Positions 55,101 through 64,000 of a stretch of DNA of 64,000 nucleotides are shown here, piece by piece. The position numbers and the translations under genes were made by a program. Source of the DNA: Welwitschia mirabilis (taxonomy: Eukaryota); NCBI GenBank assembly GCA_051453625.1, contig JBOZIK010000001.1, positions 15,471,778 through 15,535,777 of the forward strand. The letters run 5' to 3'. Numbering within the stretch: the stretch's first letter is position 1; each line of letters starts with the position of its first letter. The notes beneath the pieces were generated by a model. The model was given only the letters and a program-made list of their open reading frames with translations, was not told the origin of the DNA and did no database searches.

Positions 55101-55602
55101 GATAGTGGTTAAATTAAGTTAGTTTGGAGCTCTATTTTTATCTCATTTATTTTTAGGAGGTTCTTCTCTATTCATGGAGTATTTAAATAGGATATTATTA
55201 TTACCCTATTTCTTGGGTCTTGCAATTAAGGTTCTGGTAGGACTTCTATATTTTCCTTGTGATTCCATTCATTAATGAAGTCTTCATCATTGCTCCTTTC
55301 ATGGAGGACTTGCTTTTATTAGTTAGTTAATCCTAATCTATTAAATGTCATAGTGTGGATTCATGTATTAGAGTAAACAATGAATAAATTCCACTAGGTT
55401 CTATAGTTCATGGTAGCATAAAGCTCAATCACATTAAGGGTAGAGGGGTTTTATTAAATGAGGAGTTTGTACATCTTCTTAAAAATGTAGGCCTTATTAC
55501 CTCTTATTGAAACTAGTATTATAGATGTTCTAAATTTGACAAGATTGTGAAAAATGTAAATGAAAAAGCTCAAAGAAATGATTAAAAAAGTTACAAGAGG
55601 GG

Positions 55603-55619
55603 CCTTCCTTATAGCATCA
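55603..55619 (-). promoter_or_regulatory. Decayed primer-binding site, tRNA-Asn type
   Basis: Minus strand tgatgctataaggaagg vs TGGCGCTAGAAGGAGGG (complement of the plant tRNA-Asn 3' end, recalled), 3 nt from the LTR edge. Confidence 0.7.
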
Positions 55620-55622
55620 AAC

Positions 55623-56750
55623 TATTTAAGATAATTTTTTTAAATGATTGGGTAGTTTAAATGTCACATAAGTATAAGTGATTTGGTTAGGTTTGAGATT
55701 GTTTTAATAGTGGGATTTGACTAACTTCAATTGAATTTAATTAAATTTAACTATCTTGGTTTAATAAAATTTAGCTATTTGGACAAGTTTATGTTGACTA
55801 AGCTTAACTACTTTGGTTTGATTAAATTTAGCTAAGTTTGATAGTTTAACTAGATTTGATAGTTTGATTGAGTTTAATAGTTTAACTATTTATAGTTTAA
55901 CTTAGTTTGACACCGTTTCAAGTTTAGTTTTATGTAGTATTATTAGATAATAATACCCATGTTGAATTATCTCAATCTTGAAACATGTTACATAAATGAA
56001 AGAAACTTCATGACTATTTATGAGATTGGTGTTGACAAGTTACATGAAGACCTTAAATACTTGGTAAGCCAGGGTTATCTTAAAATAGTAAGAGTTTAGA
56101 TACTATTATAATTAAATGATATTGATGATAATTAATATTAGGAACTTTATAAAAACTTTAATTCATGAATATAAAAAAGAATGATGACTATTATCTATGA
56201 AAAACACAAATACGGGATCAAAGTTCTAGTGTCATGATCAGATTTTTTCATTCAATACAAAGAAGATTATCTAATAAAACAAGATTTAGTAAAAGGTTTA
56301 AAAAATTTAATAACTTGTAAAAATCAAATTTTTAATGACTTATCATCTCCCTTCTTTATTTTTTAACTTGTTAAAGAATAAGTAAAACTAATATTCTTCA
56401 TTGGCTATACAAATAAAGCCTTAATGATAATATATATAATAATAAAAGTTTCTTTTTTAAAAAAATAAATAAACCTAAATTATTATGATGGAAGAAAAAA
56501 GTCTATGTATTTCTCTTATATTTGGTTATTTTAACTGATATTAGAATTCAACATAAAGTGATAATGTCTACATTGCTTTCAAAAAAAATTCTTATATAAT
56601 CATAAAGAATGATCAAATAACATAGTAATTATCAGAGCACTAGATAAAGTTATTTTAGAAGTTTTCATAAAATGACATATTTTAATAAAATGAAAATATT
56701 TTAAGCACATGAAATAAAATTTCAAATCATAATGAAAGAGTTTGATCACA
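55623..56750 (-). repeat. 5' LTR of the Tat-like element
   Basis: Direct repeat of 44566-45740. Homology is clear up to aaatcataat (~56733). Confidence 0.85.
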
Positions 56751-56769
56751 TCTAGATTGTTATCTTGAA

Positions 56770-58549
56770 TCATGAGGGGTAAATGTCCCCAGTTCAACAT
56801 CAATGCATTTGAGATTTGGAAGAGAAGAATGAAAATCTATCTTAAATCCAACGGGCTCTAGGGTTATCTACATTTTAACTTTGGCTAAGAAAAACCTAAT
56901 ATAATCCTATAGATTATGAAGAGTATGAGAAAGAAGGTTGTAGGTTAATGACAATCATCCATTTTAGTATGTCTAATAATGATTTAAGAAAATTAGTAAA
57001 TATGAATCCACATATAATATATGAAAAGGCTTGAATGAGGTCTACCAAGGCCATGAGAATATGAAGGACATTATATTATAGAATCTTAAAATCTAATTTG
57101 ACAACATGAAGATGAAAGATAATGAGAATGTGGAAGATTGTATTCAGAGGATTAAAGACATAATAAAGGAAATGTAAGATCTATACTTTGAAATTAAGAG
57201 TAATGATGTTATTCTCAAAATCCTAAGATTTTGACAAACCAATTTAAACCCATAGTCATCACCATCTATAATGTATTATATTTGAGAATCCTCTACTTTG
57301 AAGTACTCTTTAGAAGGCTAGCCTAATATGAGTACATCCTTAAAGAAGATAAGAAGGAGAATCCTACTTCCTTGCAAACATTATATCTTGGTAGAGGTAG
57401 GGGATTCCCTAGAGGAAGAGGTAGATGTTAATACTATGAAATAGGTAGAGGTAGATGTTATGGAAGAAGCCAAGGATAAGGAAAAGACAAAGAACAAGGA
57501 GGTGATAGAGGAAATTCTCAAAATGATATAACCCAGTGGAAAGAAACTCATGAATGCCACTATTATCATAAGTGAGGACATCTCATCAAATATTACAAAG
57601 AGAAAAGAGCAAGTAATACCCATAGATTCAATGTAGTAGAACAAACATCATCCTCTAAGAAACCTAATATTGAATAGAAAATAGAAACTAATCAAGAATA
57701 TGAGATTAACATAGGAGGATATAGGAACTCAATTAGATCTAATTTTATCCTCTAGAAAATTAATCTTTTGGTACATTGATAGTGACTACTCTAGGTAAAA
57801 CACCTATTAATAGGATCTTTCTCAAGAATTTATTGCAAAAAATCTTAGTGTTATTAGCTTTGGTGATGGTTCCTCCCAAGAAATCAAGGGACATGATACT
57901 CTTCTGGTCAAGAATAAAAAAGGTGATAATTTTACAATTCATGATGTGTTTTATGTTTTAGATGCATAATATTATCTTATAAGTTTATGAAAACTAATTT
58001 AAAATGAATTTATGACTGAGTTTAAAAATGATAAGTGTATTTTAGCTAAGGGTTAATAAGTCCTTAAAGTTTGGAAAACAAGAAATAATCTATATCAAAT
58101 CACTTTTGAAAAAGCTCTAGTTTCTAGCATAAATGAATTTTGGACATGGAATAGGAAATTAGACCATGTATTAGTAAAATACATGAAATAAATGATCAAA
58201 AATAACACTATAAGAGGTTTTCCCAATCTTTAAATCCAACCCATAGATTCTTGTAGGAAAATATCATAGGTACATCAAACTAGAGTTTCTTTTCTAAGAG
58301 TTACCTCTAGGTCATTCTAGAATACATCATTGTTTCATTTATATATTTATGATCCATTCAACTCTTCAAGTTTAAGTGGTTGTAAGTATTTTATTACATT
58401 AATTAATGATTTTTATAGATTATGCCATGTTCATTTTATAAAATATAAATCTTAAGCCTTGCAATATTTTAAAGTTTTTCAAAGGTGGACTGAAATGGAT
58501 ACAAGTGTAAAAATCAAATGCTTAATAATAGATCATGATCATGAATACT
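56770..58549 (+). mobile_element. Second degenerate Ivana-like Ty1/copia gag-protease-integrase, truncated by an LTR insertion
   Basis: MRGKCPQFNINAFEIWKRRMKIYLKS, FDNMKMKDNENV, RGRGRG-rich gag, FWYIDSD, YFITLINDFYRL, KIKCLIIDHDHEY. Homologous to 26895-28640. Confidence 0.88.
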
Positions 58550-59776
58550 TATTGTAGTGGTGTGAATTTTTACAATACTTAAGTCCTTAGCTAATCCCTA
58601 TCAATCATAAATACTTACATAAAAACACACACTAGTATAGTGAAAGTTAGCCAAATGTCATAATCCATTGAAGGAACTAGGTTAGAAGTTATAGAATTAA
58701 TTTAGCAAAGTGTTTATCATCTTTTCTAATTAAGTAATAAGAATAATGCAGAAATACAATGCAAGATGAATGCTAATGTAATGCTAAAAAAATAAATGCA
58801 AATGAAATAATTCTAAGTACTAGATCTAGTAGATTAGTAATTTGCTGTCATAAGAATGGTTCTTATAACCTTGGTCAATTAGGAAATAACTATCACTTAA
58901 TCCTAACTAATGAGCTATAAGGAAGATTGAAATAGAATATAATTAAATGTAACTATTGCAGTTATAAAAATGCAATATGAAATGAAATTCATGTTCTAAA
59001 CTAATTACCTCAACCTACTGTCACATAGGTTTCCTTCATGATCTATATTAACTATAAACCTATAACAAAATTATAATCAACATAAACAATAAAGGAAATA
59101 AACTCAATAAAAATAAATCAAGCTTTTATTAATCAAAATTAAATATCCACTTATAAAGTAGCAATACTATAATGAAGGATACATAGCCAAATACTAAGGA
59201 ATATGCCTCTTTGCAATTAAGATGGACCTCTTATCCTTTTATCTTCCATCATAATATTTAAGGCACAATATATGGTAAAATGGGAGTGAGGACAAAGGGG
59301 TATTTATAGCTCTATATGGAAGATTTTGAAAGCAAATACCTAGCAATTAAAGGGACATGTAACAGTATTACAAAAACAATAAGCTATATTCATTCATTAC
59401 ATAAAATAAATATCATCTTAACTATCGTCCAAATGACTATGGGGATAACACCATATTTCAAAAAATGATTCTTTAACTTCTAACTCTAGTCTATATTAGC
59501 ATCCAAATGCATTGTCATTTGGTTATTATCATCTAAACAATAATCTCTAAAGCTATTTAGCTAAGAAAAATTATCCTTCTAAATCATTAGACTTCTCTTC
59601 AAAATACTAAGTATCAAAATCTACTTGAAATACCTCTAGATGTATTAAGAATTGCATGTTTTCATGATCATTCTATTAACTCTTTATAATCAATAAAAAT
59701 CCATCTAAACCTATTTAAATATCCTATAAAATTACCCAAAGTACCCATCAAATATATAAAATTTGGCATTGCAATA
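58550..59776 (-). repeat. 3' LTR of the Athila-like element
   Basis: Minus strand starts tattgcaatgccaaattt and ends cactacaata. Contains tatgacatttggctaactttcactatactagtg, matching the family U5. Confidence 0.88.
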
Positions 59777-62199
59777 TGACCCTTCACTTAGCTTTGTTAG
59801 TTCCTAATAAAATAAGTGAATAATCACAATTGCAAGTCAAATTGACTGAGATAAATAGTAACTAGGGAAATATAAATTAATCTAAAAAATATTTTCACAT
59901 AGGATCAAATGTCAAAATCTAATGAACTAATGTATTACCTTTGAAAGATGTATAATAGAGTTATTATCCTGTAGGTCATTCAAAAGATCATGGGAATGAC
60001 ATGCTTAAAAAATTAGGATGAAAATTAAGTACCTGCAAACATGATTAATAGTAAAATCAGAGTAGTACAAATTATGTTAGTTACTACTTAAAATATTTTT
60101 TACATAAAAAATTTAAAATTAAATGTCATACATAAAAAATCATTATAAGATATAATCATGGTAACCCAGAAAAATGATGGTGTATATAATTAATTAGTGA
60201 GTTTTAAGTACAATTTAAAAGAGGTAAATATATTGAAAATAATCATGACATTACTACCATCATGGTGTTATAGTGAAGTTTGCACAAGAACTCATAGGTG
60301 AAGATGGAAAAGAAGGATGCTCCTCCTCAACTAGAAAGTGCACACTGAGAGCTACTAAAATATCAAAGATATTGGCCTACTAAGAAATGCCCATAATGCA
60401 TATTACATAAATAATATGAAATCATAACTAAACTAACCTATCACATATATGTACTGTGAAATCTCAGAATGATTCTAATAATTAAAATTTGTGCTAAAAA
60501 ATATCTCAAAAATATTTCCTACTCCTACATGTAAATTAATATGTCTCATATTACATTAACATAATAAGATAAAGATTGGTAGATGTTAGGTCTTTGGAAA
60601 ATATTAGCCACAAAATAAAGTTCAAACAAAGAAAGATAGTTAATGACAATAGTAGTGAGGCCTAAGAGAGTAATGATAAAGTTCAAGAGATATATAAAAG
60701 CTAAGAATTATCATTAAAAAAATCATGATAAAGGAGCTAAAATTAGGAATAACTTAAAATAAGAGAAAGTGGTATTAGAATAGGGCAATGATAATGCACC
60801 AAGTAGAAAGAAGCAATGGTAAGAAAAACCTTTAAAAATGCCCAAACTCAAATACATTTAAGATAAACAAGTAGATGTATCAAAATTCACAAAGATGCTA
60901 AAGGAAATTATGAGAGAAATAACATTAAGAGCTAAAGGAACATCATCTGTCAAAGTACTAAAAGAAAATCAACCCATATAGATAATAATCATGAGTGAAA
61001 TAAAACAACATGAAAACTAGTAAATGATGAAGTCTTAAGTATTGTGTTGGAAAAGTAAGGAAATTATTTTCAAATACCAAGCAAAATGAATAAGAAAAAC
61101 AACAGTAAACATGAATAACTAGGAATATGAAGAAGATTTTCTACCTATCCTAAATTCAAACATAAAAGATTCCCTTCATACAAATCATAAAATCATGCAT
61201 GACATTATGTAAAAAACTTTATAAAGTACCACTCAATTAGATAGTGATTGTGATGATGTCAAGTAGATCTACTGTTCTTAGTCAAAGAATGATAAGATCA
61301 ATAACTATTTAAAAATGAATTCACTTTCTTACGTCCCAAAACATACCAGTATCATAATAAGTAAAATGATCATGTGGGAGTATTACATGCATAATGAGTT
61401 TAAGAAATAAGAAATACCTCTGATAACACCAATAACATTACTAATCCTATAAACTCCATAAGATAAACATAAGTTATGATACATGTATGCTTAGAAATAA
61501 TAATACATCTGAACTTGCCAGGGATATCATTAATTCTGTAGCATACATACTAAATTTAATTGATTAATTTATAACTACATAGTATAGTCCTAGAAACTAA
61601 CAATATCTCTAACCTTATTAGGGACATCACTGATCTTATGACCTATAAGTAATAATTATTCTATGTTGAGAGGAGTGAAACCACTATCAGAGGAGTAAGG
61701 ACCTACAATCATGATCAATTAATTTCCTAATGGAGTTTCCATAGCTAATAACACTACCAAAGATTATACTTTGGAAAATGTACCCTATTGTGATATGACA
61801 TCATGGTTATCATTCTTTTTTTCCCTTAAGTCTTACATGACCAAGTACTCTTGAAGATAGAAATGAAGTGATGATATAATAAACAAGGAGGACATACCCT
61901 AAGCAACTAAAAATATAATAAAATAACTAAGTCATCTTCTTTTAAAATGAAGTTCATAGACATACGGATGTCTTAAGATTAAGTGAATCCAATCCTATCA
62001 CTTTGAAATACCTAAGTAAAAGATTAATAGTCATGGTGACTTCATAAAATCATACATAATTCTAGTACAAGATGATCAATTGATGTCGTGATGTTAATCA
62101 AAGGAATCGGCTAATGAATAATTCAAACAATGGCAAAAGGAAAGTCCTCCTCATCAGAGGAGGGGAAGGGGATGGGAAGGGGTGGGAGGATACTTCCAA

Positions 62200-64000
62200 C
62201 TGAAGAGCTTCTATCATGTTTAAGGTTTTAGCATAAAGTAACTTATAGATTTTTAACCTTTACCTTACCCAATGTTTGAATTGGATATTTCAATTAATCC
62301 ATTAGAATGTAGTTTTTCAAAAAGATAGGGACCTAACCATTTAAAGGTTAACTTATTGTGTAAAATATGCATTTAGTTATTATATAAAAGAACTAGTTAA
62401 CTTAGCTCAAATTACTTATGAGTTAATGTTTTTATATTTGAACTTAGCTTAAGCTCTATGAATAAGTTGACGATGTACAACACAGGTATGTTTTTTAATC
62501 TAAGTGATCAAGCTAGGCTAATTGCGGCCTAAGATTTTTGTCTAAGTTTATAAGATTAAGTTGATAAGTAGAATGATAAGAGTTATAGCAAACATCAATT
62601 GACAAGATAAAAACTTTTCCATACGTAAGTTCATAAAGTGAAAAGCTAAGATAATTTTGCTAAATAGTATAATAAGCCCACAGAACTTCATTGAGTTTAG
62701 AAGTTAAATATTTCATATTGATAGAGACAAGTTTTTGAAACATCTTCTTTATTTTCATATTCACATTCTTAGAATCATCATTGGATTAGGGGTAATAAGC
62801 ATAGAAAATTTAATGTTTAATTTTAATGAATAAGAGAAGTCTCTAAAAAAGATCATTGATAAAATGTATTTCCTAGTCACAAATTAATATTCTAAAAAAA
62901 CCAAAGCACTAAAAGATATAAGTTTAGATAAAATTGTAGACAGTTCAGACAGCATTTGTGATAGTAGGAATGGCTTCAACCCACTTGACACTAAGATGTA
63001 ATTTTTGTCATAAGAATGTGATTTGATAGGGATCTATAAAGTTAGTCCCTCAATAGTTAAAGTGTTTACATTTAAGAATAGGTTTAAGGGGTATATCTTA
63101 AGAGTGCATTAGGGTACTATAATGTTGAAAATCATCATACCTTAAAGTTAAAAGAATCTTTAAAATGGTTAGACCAATAAAAACTAAAATGAAGGATTTT
63201 AATTATATTCTTTTGTTCACTAAAGTTTTCCTCATATACTCCACTATGAAAAAGGTTAAGAATGTTAAGCTTTTTCCATTATGACACACATTTATGCATA
63301 ATTTGGTATTTGAACCTATGGTAAAGATGGGACTCATTTCATTCATAATCACCAATTCTATGAAGAAAAGATTTTCATTGATTATGGGTCTAATGCCAAG
63401 GTGTTTTCATAGTAATAAGGTAATTCACAATGTTGGCATATCAATGGACAAGATGAGGAGAGGATATGGCATAGAGGTGTTTAAAAATAAAGATTTATTC
63501 ATTATGAAAACAATCATTGCTTGAAATTTCATCAAGAAAATAAGGAATTCGAGACAAGTGATCTAAAATGCTATTATGTTTCCCAGCTTTATCAATGATG
63601 ATAAGATTGAATTCCTATATGAGAAGGATTTATCTAATAAGTCTATGACTAGAATCTTTCTTGGTCATAATGTATAGCCACATGATTTGTGTAAACATTG
63701 GTATTGAAGCTAAGAAGATAGTGTGTAAGTTTATTAAGGTAAAAGATGATGGCAAGCATTTCTTTCTCAATGATAGTGTAATTGCTCTAGGCATTAGACA
63801 AAGTTTTACTAAGTTAAGATATAACTTTAAAACTTTCTTTATCTTTTAGCCAAGTACCTCACTATTGATTGCCTAAATTGCACTTCAAAAGTAGTTACTT
63901 CTGAAATAATGGAATTGCAATTAGACTTAGTATAGAGTGATTTAACCAACGAATGTCATAATCTGGAGAGCATAAGATAATATACTAATAAGTACACAAA
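62200..64000 (-). pseudogene. pol: Athila-like pol remnant (RNase H and integrase)
   Basis: YANIVNYL, KWVEAIPT, LVLLYN..KLTFKWLGPY. Nucleotide similarity to 2100-3580. Confidence 0.88.

Larger units (their letters stand above)
44566..56750 (-). mobile_element. Tat-clade (Ogre/Retand-like) Ty3/gypsy element, near full length and decayed
   Basis: Direct repeats at 44566-~45740 and 55623-~56750. PBS at 55603-55619. Minus-strand GAG-PR-RT-RH-aRH-INT. The right boundary is uncertain (56733-56750). Confidence 0.85.
58550..64000 (-). mobile_element. Athila-like Ty3/gypsy element, same family as 1-5405 (RH-INT, ~2.4 kb 3' region, PPT, 3' LTR); continues beyond the window
   Basis: Minus-strand RNase H and integrase align with ~2100-3580 (e.g. 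aaattatgcataaatgtgtg). PPT aagtgaagggtca precedes the LTR. Confidence 0.88.

Noticed and set aside
1..64000. Assignment to a specific host species, e.g. a GC-poor gymnosperm
   Set aside because: Composition and TE lineages indicate a land plant, but no diagnostic marker is present.

Overview
This is eukaryotic, very AT-rich and CpG-depleted DNA, consistent with heterochromatin of a large-genome land plant (species not identifiable from sequence alone). I found no intact protein-coding gene, RNA gene or CRISPR array. The window is a nest of decayed LTR retrotransposons. (1) There are three Athila-like Ty3/gypsy pol remnants (1-3581 +, 33250-35660 -, 62200-64000 -) plus several related LTRs. 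(2) A structurally complete Athila-like element at 36592-44054 has paired LTRs, a CTTAT target-site duplication and a tRNA-Asp-type PBS, but carries only gag and protease. (3) A near-complete Tat-clade (Ogre/Retand-like) element lies on the minus strand at 44566-~56750, with GAG-PR-RT-RH-aRH-INT and a tRNA-Asn-type PBS. (4) Ty1/copia remnants are a SIRE-like pol, a SIRE-like LTR and two Ivana-like gag-pol copies. (5) There is a chromovirus-like LTR with an iMet PBS, plus microsatellites, small tandem repeats and six assembly gaps. The most notable observations are the gag-protease-only non-autonomous element next to its pol-bearing relatives, and a 3' non-coding module shared between that Athila-type element and the Tat-type element. 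I see no evidence of a wholly new biological system. All alignments were done by eye and boundaries are approximate unless termini are quoted.
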